Origin: a virus
Strand: one strand, 5' to 3'
DNA length: 64,000 bases
Virus record (IMG/VR): IMGVR_UViG_3300003937_000247
The notes under the pieces are model-generated. The model saw nothing but the letters and a program-made list of their open reading frames with translations, was not told the DNA's origin and searched no databases. A program made the position numbers and the translations under genes. The first letter of the stretch is position 1. Every line of letters begins with the position of its first letter. Of this stretch, positions 9,691 through 20,083 are shown in pieces.

Positions 9691-11317
9691 TAGTATAGAC
9701 GTTTATAGGTTCTTCTTTACCTTTTACTTTAATCTCATCAATATATTTAAAATTAAATCTTTCAAATAAAGGTTCTCTAGTATTTTCAGATATAACAATA
9801 TCTTGTCCTAAAGTTTTACTTGAACTTTCCAATCTACTTGCTAAATTAACAGCGTCTCCTATTACTGAATAATCAAACCTTTGTTCAGACCCCATATTAC
9901 CTACAAGACATTGACCAGTATTGATACCTATACCTATGTTTAAAGGTGGATCAAACTCTTTAGTTTTATTCATTAATGCTAGTTTTTGTTTCATCTCTTT
10001 AGCAGATTTAACTGCCATCTCTCTATGATTTTTACAATCTAATGGTGCGTTCCAAAATGCCATAATACAATCACCCATATACTTGTCTATTGTCCCTTCA
10101 TTTTTTAATATAATATTTGTCATTGCAGTTAGAAACTTATTAACATAACGAGTAAGTTGTTCAGGATTATCTTTAAACCTTTCCGATATAGGAGTAAAAC
10201 CTCTAATATCTGAAAATAAAAATGTTAATTCTTTTCTTTCCCCACCTAGTTTTAATAGAGAAGGATCTTTTTGTAATTTTTTAACCATACCAGGTGCAAG
10301 GTAATGCTCAAATTGTTTTTTGATTTGTAGTTTTAATCTATTCTCTCTAGCAAAATTATTATAGATTAAATGAGACCATATAATACTTCCTATAATCATA
10401 GGAGTTATCCAATCAACCATTATCATATGTTGAGTCCATAGATAACCACTTGCAAGTGCTATATCAAAATAGAAACCTACTAAACATAATGCAGACCATA
10501 GTAATCCTAATCTAGGCATTATAATCAAAAGGAATAATAAAGCAATTATAGTTATTCCTATTTCACTTATATACAACCAATTAGGTCTTGTAATAAACTT
10601 ACCAGACAATAAAGTTTCTGTTGACAATGCCATTATTTCGTGTGTGTTTTTTAAACCGTTTGGAGTAAGAACGAAAGTAGAACCTTTAAAGGTTGTTCCA
10701 ATAAAAACTATTTTACCCTTCATAGATGACCAATCTTTATCAGTATAATCTATTCTAGGTATCTGGTGTCTGAAATCAATCCAAATATCGTCTTGGTTAG
10801 GTATTGGAAATTTAATGACTTTCAGTATAACACTTGGGACGGATTTGTCAAGCGGTAATTTTCTAATAGTACCATCAATATCAATAGGCACTTCTACATT
10901 TCCTACAGCAAGTGCTTTTCTCTCTATACTTTTTAGGTTTTTTGCTTGACTTGTTTCAGTTAATATGATAGGGTACTTGGTAATCATCTTCAAAAACATT
11001 TCATCACCACCTAATCTATCTTTATGTACAAAGACTACATTTAAGAAGACTAGAGCTGCACCATTTTTATATGCGTTGATTATAGTACGACCTAATAAAT
11101 CTCTTTTCCAAGGCCATTGACCAGATTTAACTAAAGCTTCATCCGAAATATCCAGGAGTACTAGACTTTTGGATTCGTAGTTATTCCCAAAATTTTGATA
11201 ATTATCTAAAGCAGAAAGTCTTGTTTTTTGTATCAATACAGGATTAGAAATATAGATTATAATCAATATTAAAGCAATCATCCATACAGACCATTTATTA
11301 GTTAGCAGTTTTATCAT
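9680..11317 (-). CDS. CHASE2-domain membrane-bound class III adenylate cyclase
   Basis: N-terminal TM, GQWPWKR (CHASE2), 3 TM helices, catalytic FSDIRGFT, DKYMGDCIMAFW, DYSVIGDAVNLASRLE, VKGK. Confidence 0.92.
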   Translation of the reverse strand: MIKLLTNKWSVWMIALILIIIYISNPVLIQKTRLSALDNYQNFGNNYESKSLVLLDISDEALVKSGQWPWKRDLLGRTIINAYKNGAALVFLNVVFVHKDRLGGDEMFLKMITKYPIILTETSQAKNLKSIERKALAVGNVEVPIDIDGTIRKLPLDKSVPSVILKVIKFPIPNQDDIWIDFRHQIPRIDYTDKDWSSMKGKIVFIGTTFKGSTFVLTPNGLKNTHEIMALSTETLLSGKFITRPNWLYISEIGITIIALLFLLIIMPRLGLLWSALCLVGFYFDIALASGYLWTQHMIMVDWITPMIIGSIIWSHLIYNNFARENRLKLQIKKQFEHYLAPGMVKKLQKDPSLLKLGGERKELTFLFSDIRGFTPISERFKDNPEQLTRYVNKFLTAMTNIILKNEGTIDKYMGDCIMAFWNAPLDCKNHREMAVKSAKEMKQKLALMNKTKEFDPPLNIGIGINTGQCLVGNMGSEQRFDYSVIGDAVNLASRLESSSKTLGQDIVISENTREPLFERFNFKYIDEIKVKGKEEPINVYTIKF

Positions 11318-11345
11318 ATTATCTATTTATTTAGCCAACTTATCA

Positions 11346-11353
11346 TATAAATA
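11346..11353 (+). promoter_or_regulatory. T4-type late promoter for the csg operon; a divergent AATAAATA variant at ~11324-11331 (minus strand) faces the cyclase
   Basis: TATAAATA 23 nt before csgF. Confidence 0.7.
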
Positions 11354-11375
11354 ATAGTATCATAAGGGGAGAAAT

Positions 11376-11840
11376 ATGAGAATTATACTAACAATTTTAG
11401 TGTGGTTTTCTATGTTTTCTATGACGAATGCTAGTGAATTAGGATTTAAATTTGATAGTCCATCGTTTTCTGGTCAAGGAAAGTCATCACATTATTTAAC
11501 AATTGAAAATATAGAGAAAACAAGAAAAGACGCAATTAAGGCTGCGAATAAAGCAGCAGCAGATAAAGTAATAGCAGACGCCAAGGCAACAGCCATAGCA
11601 AAATTCAAAGCAAATGTAGAGGCAAGATTCTATACAGCACTTGCTAAACAGCTTACAGATAATGTTTTCGGTACAGATGGTCTACAACAAGACTCTGGTA
11701 CATTTACATCACCAATTGGTGGTGAAGTAGTTACTTGGGCAACAACAACAACAGGTAATAATGATACTGTAACCGTAACTGTTACAGAATCAGATGGTAC
11801 CGTAACAACATTTACAATGCCTAAAGAGGACAATTCATAA
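11376..11840 (+). CDS. csgF: curli assembly protein CsgF
   Basis: Signal peptide then SELGFKFDSPSFSG...HYLTIEN; directly upstream of csgG. Confidence 0.85.
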   Translation: MRIILTILVWFSMFSMTNASELGFKFDSPSFSGQGKSSHYLTIENIEKTRKDAIKAANKAAADKVIADAKATAIAKFKANVEARFYTALAKQLTDNVFGTDGLQQDSGTFTSPIGGEVVTWATTTTGNNDTVTVTVTESDGTVTTFTMPKEDNS

Positions 11841-12877
11841 TGTTAAGAGCAATAGGAATATTTTTATTAACATTGTTGTTAGTTAGTTGTGCTGGAAGAC
11901 CTGATTTTGATGTACGAACCCAACCTGTACAATATAAAGATTTAACTGAAATCAAATCACCAAAAGGCGATCCAATAGTGATTGCAGTTTATGATTTCCT
12001 AGATATGACAGGACAAAAGAAACCAGGTGGTAACTTTGCCTCAATGAGTACAGCGGTTACTCAAGGATCATATCAGTTATTAATTAAAGCATTACAGGAT
12101 GCAGGTGATGGTAATTGGTTTAAAGTAGTAGAAAGAACAAGTCTCCCAAGTCTATTACAAGAAAGAAAACTAATTAGGTCTACAAGACAACAAGTTAATG
12201 GAGAAGGTGCAGAACCTTTACCACCATTATTATTTGCAGGTGCATATATCACAGGTGGTATAGTAGGTTACGATTCAGATATTAAATCTGGTGGTGTTGG
12301 TGCTAGAATTTTAGGCATACAAGCACATAAACAATGGCGACAAGATGTAGTTACTGTTATATTAAGACTAGTTAATGTACAAACTGGTGAAGTAGTTGTA
12401 TCAATTACTGTTGAGAAAACTATAATTTCAGGTGAAACTGGTGGCGATATATTTAAATATTTAGATACTGATACAATGTTATTAGAAGTTGAAGCTGGTG
12501 TTGCTAGAAATGAACCTGTTACTTATGCAGTAAGAAAAGCAATTGAAAAAGGTGTAGTAGAATTAATTAATGAAGGTGCTAAAAAAGATTTATGGGAATT
12601 TGATATACCAGTTGTAGAAATTACTGAAAAAAAAGTAATAGATTATACAAATAATACTGAAATAGGTGTACACGTTGATATGGGAGTGGTAAAAGAGGAA
12701 AAGACTTACGAAGAATACCTTGAAGAAAAGAAATTAAAAGAAGAAAACGAAGTAGCAGACGAGAAATTAAAAACAGAAGCTGCTGAAGAAGAATGGAACC
12801 AAATAGATACAGACGAGGAGGAGCAAGATGAAAAAACTGATAATGATTCTAGTGACTCTGGTAACCCTAACCAGTAA
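11840..12877 (+). CDS. csgG: curli secretion pore CsgG with acidic C-terminal extension
   Basis: Lipobox LVSC; AVYDFLDMTGQKK, STAVTQG, WFKVVER, LLQERKLIRSTR, GGIVGYD, NEPV. Confidence 0.93.
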   Translation: MLRAIGIFLLTLLLVSCAGRPDFDVRTQPVQYKDLTEIKSPKGDPIVIAVYDFLDMTGQKKPGGNFASMSTAVTQGSYQLLIKALQDAGDGNWFKVVERTSLPSLLQERKLIRSTRQQVNGEGAEPLPPLLFAGAYITGGIVGYDSDIKSGGVGARILGIQAHKQWRQDVVTVILRLVNVQTGEVVVSITVEKTIISGETGGDIFKYLDTDTMLLEVEAGVARNEPVTYAVRKAIEKGVVELINEGAKKDLWEFDIPVVEITEKKVIDYTNNTEIGVHVDMGVVKEEKTYEEYLEEKKLKEENEVADEKLKTEAAEEEWNQIDTDEEEQDEKTDNDSSDSGNPNQ

Positions 12878-13922
12878 TTGCTGGGCAGGTAATTCAGTTT
12901 GGATTCAGCAAGATAACCAAAACAGCAACAACTCTATCTTTATAAAACAAGATGGTACAGGCAACACGGTTGGTTATAGCACATCATATCCATTTAAAAT
13001 AGATGGAGAGAACATCACCATCATCATTAAACAAATAGGCGACAATAATAAAACTGATTGGTCAAATCATAACTCTTTTAAAGGTGATGATATGACTTTT
13101 GATTATACAGCAACTGGTGATTCTAATACATTGAGACCAGATATTGATGATACAGGTGCTGATGGTCATTATTATGACATAGATATTACAGGTGATTCAA
13201 ACAATGTAGATTTTGATACTTGGACGGCCGATGATGTACAGAAAACTAATGTTGATTTAGATATTACAGGTGACTCAAATGTTTTTTGGGTGCGTAGTAG
13301 AGGTGATGGTCATTTCTGGTATGTTCTTATGTCTGGCGACTCAAATAATGTACAAATTTATACCACAGCAGATTCAGTAGGATTTAATACAAACTCCAAT
13401 AAGGCTATTGGTCCACAAACAACATCACACGGACAATTTGCAGATAGTTCAGGTAGTGAAGGCGCAAGTGCCGACATTTATATTATTGGTAATTCCAATA
13501 CACTACACACTTCATCATACGGTACAGGCAATTATCAACTACACGATATTATAGGTAATGATAATCTTTTAGATATTCATTCTAGTTATACTAGTGCCGA
13601 TAGCGACCCATATGGAGATACAATGACGATATTAGGTGATAGCAATTGGTTAAGAACAATAATAAATGGTGATGATAACACAATAAGATTACATATGGCA
13701 GGTGGAAATAATACTGCTAGAATTTTCCTTTATACAGATGATTCAGTAATAAACTTTGCTCAAGTGGGTGGTGGTAATACTGGTAAGGTAACTATCACAG
13801 GTGATTCAATTTACGATTACACATTAAACTTTTCACAAGACGGTTCAGATAATTGTACATACTCATATAATAGAAATAATCAAACAGCAGACGTAACTGC
13901 TACAGTATCAAACGGTTGTTAA
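12828..13922 (+). CDS. curlin-like beta-solenoid repeat protein (CsgA/CsgB-like)
   Basis: Signal peptide; repeated x-Q/T-G-D/N-S-N units (IKQDGTGN, IKQIGDNN, ITGDSNN, IIGNSNT, QVGGGNT). Confidence 0.7.
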   Translation: MKKLIMILVTLVTLTSNCWAGNSVWIQQDNQNSNNSIFIKQDGTGNTVGYSTSYPFKIDGENITIIIKQIGDNNKTDWSNHNSFKGDDMTFDYTATGDSNTLRPDIDDTGADGHYYDIDITGDSNNVDFDTWTADDVQKTNVDLDITGDSNVFWVRSRGDGHFWYVLMSGDSNNVQIYTTADSVGFNTNSNKAIGPQTTSHGQFADSSGSEGASADIYIIGNSNTLHTSSYGTGNYQLHDIIGNDNLLDIHSSYTSADSDPYGDTMTILGDSNWLRTIINGDDNTIRLHMAGGNNTARIFLYTDDSVINFAQVGGGNTGKVTITGDSIYDYTLNFSQDGSDNCTYSYNRNNQTADVTATVSNGC

Positions 13923-13923
13923 A

Positions 13924-15952
13924 ATGAAGAAGTTATTTTTATTAGTATCAATCTTGGTACTTTTATGTACTAGTCTTTCCTCAGCACAAATAACAGGACC
14001 TAAAGTAGGTACTGTATCAGGCCAAATGGGTACTACTTGGAATGAGCGTGATGGTCAAACTGAAAATACAGCAATGGGTTATGAGTTGCAGATGAACGAC
14101 TTTCTCCAAACTGGAGAAGATGGTGGTATGATTTTATCTTACGTTGATGATACTAAATTTACAATGGGACCAAATACAGAATTAGTTATTGATGAATTTG
14201 CTTTTGATACTTCTTCTGTACCAATTGAAATTGCAATGAACATATCAGTTAATGTAGGTTCATTTACATATGAATCAGGTCAAGTATCCAATTTAGGTGG
14301 TGAAGTTAATATCAATGCTGGATTCGCTACAGTTACAGTACAAGGTACTGCCTTTTCAGGAACAGTTGACACTAGTGGTGAGGTTACAATTACCTTACTA
14401 CCAGATAGTGATGGTGATATAGGGTCTGTAACGGTCTCTAATGACGCAGGTTCTCAAACCATAACTAACGCATACAATTCAGTAACAGTTGTGTCAAACG
14501 ACCTGACACCAACTCCTCCAAAGATAGAAACTAATAAATCAGACATTATTGAGTTAGAAGAATTTGAAGAAGATATAAAAGATGAATCAACAAAAACTTT
14601 TGGTGATGTAGATAAAAAATCTGAATTGTCTAAAGACGAACAAGAAGCTCAGGAAATGGAAGAGGCGATAATAAATGAAGAGGCAAGTATTGTAGAAAAT
14701 AGTGATACAATTGTTGCTACAGATTTATCTGCTAGTGAAGCAGATACAATGATTGAAACAAAATCAGTAGAAGAAAATACTTTAGTTGAAGTAGATGAAG
14801 TTGATACATCTTACTATGATGAATGGGAAGATGATTTAAAAGATTGGGGTTATATAGATGAAGACAACCAGATTTCAGTTTGGGATGCCGAAGGTGAAAA
14901 AACTATGGATTGGGATGACGCAAAGAAAATGACTATTAGAAGACTATGGTTTAACTTCTTGGAATGTTGATGTAGATGAACAAGATGTTGTTGAAGATAC
15001 AAAAGATGAAACAGAAGCAACTGTTGTTGAAGGATATACTTGGGAAGATTTTGCTTTAGATGATGACTATTATAATAATAATGAATACAAAAACGCAGGT
15101 GGTCCTCCGACATTAACAGTACAAAACTATTGTGAGTACAATGGCTATGATGATTACTGGTGTAACCAAGATTATGTTGATTATCTAAATGACTGGTACA
15201 AAGATGATTGGACTTTAAAAGTAACCAATGATAGTTGGACTAAAGAATCTAAAAAGATATTTGGTAAACTATATGGTTGGTGTGGAAGTTGGCCAAACTA
15301 TAAAATGTGTGATGACCAGCCTAAACCTTGGAAGATGAAAGACTTAAAGAAGACTTATATAACTAATTGGAGTTGGGACGATTGGGACATATATTGGGAC
15401 GCATTATACGATTGGTGGTGGACAGGTTACGATTATAATAATGAAGATGATGAGAGTAATTGGGAAGATGAATATTCTTATGAAGATGACTATGATATAG
15501 ACGCAGAATTGGAAATATTATTAGCAAGTTATGATGAGGAAGATTGTTTAAATTATGGATACTATTGGGACAATGCAAATCAATCCTGTGGTACAGAATG
15601 GGTTGACAATAGTGGTTCAGAAACACAGGTAACTGCTAGTGGTGAAACTTTAAATTATACTACTGGAGATGTAACTCAAACTTTAACTACAACAAGTGGT
15701 GGTGTGTCAACAAGTACCACTTCAACAGGAAGAGTTTCAACGTTAGATAACGACTTTAACGCAACAGCTTCAACCTCTGGTGATTACACAATCATAAATA
15801 GATATAACGACAATCATAGGGCTTATATTAAGGTTGAAACTTCCAAGACAGCTGATATTCAAATTTTACAAGATTCAGAAGCACAGAATATAGATGTTGG
15901 CGATATTATACCTCCTGGATACCCATACATAACAATAATACAGACGGACTAA
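13924..15952 (+). pseudogene. FecR-domain periplasmic protein split by a frameshift at ~14933-14970
   Basis: FecR motifs (LQTGEDG, FTMGPNTELVIDEF, TVTVQGTAF). The second frame is open from 14933 to 15952 with continuous acidic W/Y/D-rich composition. Confidence 0.7.
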
Positions 15953-16047
15953 CTATGGACTACGGAACTATAAATTTATTAATAATATTCGGTTTATTAA
16001 TTTGGATGAATTGGTCTATTAACAAATGGATAGATAGGAATTTTTAA

Positions 16048-16506
16048 ATGGCGGATAGTGATATTCAAAAATTAAACACACAATTACAAGTCTTAAAAAA
16101 TGAAGTAGGACAAGTATCAACTGTTAACTCAAAACTTGATCAGGCAATAGATAAACTAACAGATATTTCTGCTAGTATTAAATCTATGTTGGCTGTACAC
16201 GAAGAAAAATTAGCAAAGCAAGAAGAAATAGATAAAGCGATATTCAATTTATTAGAAAATCGTAGAGTTGAAAGTGACAATAAATTTGAAGATATACACG
16301 GCAGATTGAATAAGTCTGTTGATAATTTAAGACAAGAAGTTGAACTATCAGAAAAGCGTTTAATGTGTGAAATTAAGACTTTAGCGTCAAATTTAGACGG
16401 TAGGATCGGCGTGTTTGAGAAATATAGATATATCATCATAGGTGCCTCAATCATCATAGGACTGTCTATGCCATCTATATTAAGTGTCTTAAAGATAGTA
16501 GGGTAA
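16048..16506 (+). CDS. conserved T4-like coiled-coil protein with C-terminal TM helix (upstream of primase)
   Basis: LDQAIDKL..IS.SI..MLAVHEEKL pattern; synteny. Confidence 0.6.
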   Translation: MADSDIQKLNTQLQVLKNEVGQVSTVNSKLDQAIDKLTDISASIKSMLAVHEEKLAKQEEIDKAIFNLLENRRVESDNKFEDIHGRLNKSVDNLRQEVELSEKRLMCEIKTLASNLDGRIGVFEKYRYIIIGASIIIGLSMPSILSVLKIVG

Positions 16507-16511
16507 ACTGC

Positions 16512-16540
16512 TTGACTTTTTCACATATATAGTATATACT
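16512..16540 (+). promoter_or_regulatory. sigma70-type promoter, probably giving a leaderless primase mRNA
   Basis: TTGACT-N17-TATACT; ATG 8 nt downstream with no SD. Confidence 0.75.
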
Positions 16541-16547
16541 TTTTGTT

Positions 16548-17570
16548 ATGAGTGGTTACATTGATTTAAATTATATATCTAAAATACAGCCGAGATTACA
16601 ACAGTTTAAAAAGAAAAGAGATTATCTTTTCAATTTTAGATGTCCAGTTTGCGGAGATTCTAAAAAATCTAAAACAAAAGCAAGAGCATATCTTTATAGA
16701 GTTAAAAATGATATGTTTTTTAAATGTCATAATTGTAGTGCTTCACACAATTTGGCTAATCTTATAAAATTAGTTGACAGACCTCTATATGATGAATATA
16801 TTTTAGAAAGATATAAGGGTAGTAAACCTACCAATGAACAAAGTCTATTTGATAAATTCAAAACAGACACAAAAGCAAAATTAAAATCTACACCCCTACA
16901 AGGCCTTACAGCCTTTAGTACTTTGGAGGATACACATCCTGCAAAAAAATATTTGCTAAAAAGAAAAATACCAAAGGATTACTTTGATAGATTATATTAT
17001 TGCGACAAGTTTCAAGCCTTTGTAAATAAGGTGCGTCCAGGGACTTTCACCTCCCTAAATACACTTACAAGATACGAACATCCGAGATTGATTATACCAT
17101 TTTATGATGTTGACAATGAAGTCTTTGCTTTGCAAGGACGATCATTTGGGAAAGAACAGCCAAAATATCTAACAATTAAACTACAGGAAAACAAACAAAA
17201 AATATTTGGACTTGAACGAGTAAATCTTCATAATACTTTATACATAGTTGAAGGTCCGTTAGATAGTTTATTTTTAGATAATTGTCTTGCTGCTGGTGGG
17301 GCTGACTTACAACTACCTGTTGAAAAAAAGGATGTTGTTTTTATATTTGATAATGAGCCGAGAAATAAAGAGATAATAGATAGAATGTATAAAATGATTG
17401 ATAAGACTTATATGATAGTAATATGGCCAGAAGGTACAAAGGAAAAAGATATTAACGAAATGATAGTGAACGGCAAGACAAAAGAAGAAATACAAAATAT
17501 TATATCAGATAATACCTATTCAGGTTTATCAGCAATCACACAACTAAATTCATACAAACGCATAAGTTAA
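16548..17570 (+). CDS. g61: DNA primase (T4 gp61)
   Basis: NFRCPVCGDS zinc finger, FKCHNC, EGPLDSLF, FDNEPRN, KDINEM. Confidence 0.95.
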   Translation: MSGYIDLNYISKIQPRLQQFKKKRDYLFNFRCPVCGDSKKSKTKARAYLYRVKNDMFFKCHNCSASHNLANLIKLVDRPLYDEYILERYKGSKPTNEQSLFDKFKTDTKAKLKSTPLQGLTAFSTLEDTHPAKKYLLKRKIPKDYFDRLYYCDKFQAFVNKVRPGTFTSLNTLTRYEHPRLIIPFYDVDNEVFALQGRSFGKEQPKYLTIKLQENKQKIFGLERVNLHNTLYIVEGPLDSLFLDNCLAAGGADLQLPVEKKDVVFIFDNEPRNKEIIDRMYKMIDKTYMIVIWPEGTKEKDINEMIVNGKTKEEIQNIISDNTYSGLSAITQLNSYKRIS

Positions 17571-17578
17571 GGAGTAAT

Positions 17579-19906
17579 ATGGTAAGCACAGGATACGAGT
17601 CTATTAATGTCAATAAAAGAAATGGAAGAAAAAGCGAACCCCTTAACATTGATAAGATACACGAAATGGTGGAGTATGCTTGTGAAGATATAACAGGTGT
17701 ATCAGCTTCACAGGTAGAAATGAATAGTGGCTTACAATTTTATGATGGAATATCTACCAACGAAATACAACAAATTTTAATAAAATCAGCTGCAGATTTA
17801 ATTTCATTAGAAACTCCTAACTACACTTATGTAGCATCCAGATTACTACTTTACAGTTTAAGAAAACAAGTTATACACAAATTATGGGACCATCCACACT
17901 TTTATGACCACGTAAAAAAAGTTGTAGATTCAGGTTTATATGATAAAGAAGTAACTACACATTATCAAAGAAAAGATTTTGATAGAATGGAGAACTGGAT
18001 TAATCATAATAGAGATTATGATTTTACCTATGCAGGTTTAAGACAAGTTATAGACAAATATTTAGTACAAGATAGGAGCATTAATACAATATATGAAACA
18101 CCGCAGTTTATGTATATGATGATTGCTGCTACTCTCTTTGCAAAATATCCAACAGAAAGGAGAATGTCATATGTTAAAAAATATTATGACGCAATTAGTC
18201 AATTCAAAATCAATATACCTACGCCTGTTATGGCTGGTGTTCGTACTCCTCTTCGGCAGTATGCGAGTTGTGTATTGGTTGATATTGATGATACCTTACC
18301 TTCTATTTTCTCTGGCGATATGGCCATTGGAAGGTATATCGCACAAAGAGCTGGAATCGGAATCAATGCTGGAAGAATACGAGGTATCAATAGCAGGATC
18401 CGAGGGGGAGAGGTCCAACATACTGGAGTTATACCTTTTCTTAAAAAGTTTGAAGCTACGGTTAAGTGTTGCACTCAAAATGGAGTTAGAGGCGGTTCAG
18501 CAACTGTACACTTCCCTATCTGGCACCAAGAAATAGCAGACATTATAGTCTTAAAAAATAATAAAGGTAGTGAAGATAATAGAGTTAGAAAATTAGACTA
18601 CTCTATACAACTATCTAAATTATTTTATGAAAGATTTATTAATGAAGAAGAAATAACATTATTCTCACCACACGAAGTTCCTGAATTATATGAAGCGTGG
18701 GGTACACCAGAGTTTGATGAACTTTATGTAAAGGCAGAAAGAAAAATAAGTGTTAATAAAAAGAAAGTATCAGCACAAACTTTATTTTTTGATATTTTAA
18801 AAGAAAGAGCAGAAACAGGTCGTATATACATAATGAATATTGACCATTGTAATACTCACTCCTCTTTTAAAGATAAGGTGACTATGAGTAACCTATGCCA
18901 AGAAATTACTTTACCAACCACTCCAATACAACACATTGATGGAGAAGGTGAAATTGCTTTATGTATTTTATCTGCCATCAATGTGGGTAAAATAAACCAA
19001 TATGATGACTTACAATCATTGTGTGATTTAGCAGTTAGGGCTTTAGATGAAATTATAGATCACCAAAAATATCCAATTAATGCAGCTGAAGTTTCTACAA
19101 AAGCGAGAAGAAGTTTAGGTGTTGGTTATATTGGACTTGCTCATTATCTTGCTAAAAAAGGATACAAATATGACCAGAAATTAGCTTGGAGAGAAGTTGA
19201 TAAATTATCAGAAGCATTCCAATATTTCTTATTAAGTGCTAGTGTTAAACTTGCAAAAGAAAAAGGACCTTGCTCAGCATTTAAACAAACAAAATATGCT
19301 GATGGTATATTACCTATTGATACATATAAGAAAGATGTTGATGATATAGTTAAACGAGATTTAACATATGATTGGGAATGGTTAAGAAAACAAATTAAAG
19401 AACACGGATTAAGACATAGTACATTATCAGCACAAATGCCAAGTGAGTCGTCTAGTGTTGTTTCAAATGCTACAAATGGTATTGAACCACCTAGAGATTA
19501 TTTGTCTGTTAAGAAATCTAAAAAGGGACCATTAAAACAGATTGTACCTGAATATAATAAATTAAAAAACTTTTATACCCTTCTTTGGGATATGAAAGGG
19601 AATGAAGGATACATAAATATCGTTGCAGTAATGCAAAAATATTTTGACCAAGCAATTAGTGGTAATTGGTCATACAATCCTGAACATTATACAGAAGGTC
19701 AAGTGCCAATATCAAAAATGGCCGAAGATTTATTGACAACCTATAAATTAGGTTGGAAGACTTCTTATTATCAAAACACTTATGATAGTAAGAGAGATGA
19801 AGATGAACCAGCACATCCTATTGGGTTCCATGACAATGTGTTAGATGATAAACAAGAAGTAAAAGAGGAAGACGATCCAGAAAACTGTGATACGTGTACA
19901 ATTTAA
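17579..19906 (+). CDS. nrdA: ribonucleotide reductase class Ia alpha subunit
   Basis: ATP cone, PTPVMAG, ASCVL, SNLCQEI, MPSESSS, C-terminal CDTC. Confidence 0.97.
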   Translation: MVSTGYESINVNKRNGRKSEPLNIDKIHEMVEYACEDITGVSASQVEMNSGLQFYDGISTNEIQQILIKSAADLISLETPNYTYVASRLLLYSLRKQVIHKLWDHPHFYDHVKKVVDSGLYDKEVTTHYQRKDFDRMENWINHNRDYDFTYAGLRQVIDKYLVQDRSINTIYETPQFMYMMIAATLFAKYPTERRMSYVKKYYDAISQFKINIPTPVMAGVRTPLRQYASCVLVDIDDTLPSIFSGDMAIGRYIAQRAGIGINAGRIRGINSRIRGGEVQHTGVIPFLKKFEATVKCCTQNGVRGGSATVHFPIWHQEIADIIVLKNNKGSEDNRVRKLDYSIQLSKLFYERFINEEEITLFSPHEVPELYEAWGTPEFDELYVKAERKISVNKKKVSAQTLFFDILKERAETGRIYIMNIDHCNTHSSFKDKVTMSNLCQEITLPTTPIQHIDGEGEIALCILSAINVGKINQYDDLQSLCDLAVRALDEIIDHQKYPINAAEVSTKARRSLGVGYIGLAHYLAKKGYKYDQKLAWREVDKLSEAFQYFLLSASVKLAKEKGPCSAFKQTKYADGILPIDTYKKDVDDIVKRDLTYDWEWLRKQIKEHGLRHSTLSAQMPSESSSVVSNATNGIEPPRDYLSVKKSKKGPLKQIVPEYNKLKNFYTLLWDMKGNEGYINIVAVMQKYFDQAISGNWSYNPEHYTEGQVPISKMAEDLLTTYKLGWKTSYYQNTYDSKRDEDEPAHPIGFHDNVLDDKQEVKEEDDPENCDTCTI

Positions 19907-20083
19907 ATGAAAAGAAAAAACAAAAAAATAAATAAGGTTGTATGTGACTCTTGGCCACATCCACATTCATATGAAAGTCTATATGATTGTATAGTATCAG
20001 ACCAAGTACCAGCTGAAGATATAGCATTTTACTTTGAAGATATGGGATTTAAAAAGTATTACGATAATAGAGAAAGTATTTAA
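19907..20083 (+). CDS. small hypothetical protein (58 aa)
   Basis: MKRKNKK...YESLYDCIVSDQVPAEDIAFYF...*; abuts the nrdA stop. Confidence 0.6.
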   Translation: MKRKNKKINKVVCDSWPHPHSYESLYDCIVSDQVPAEDIAFYFEDMGFKKYYDNRESI

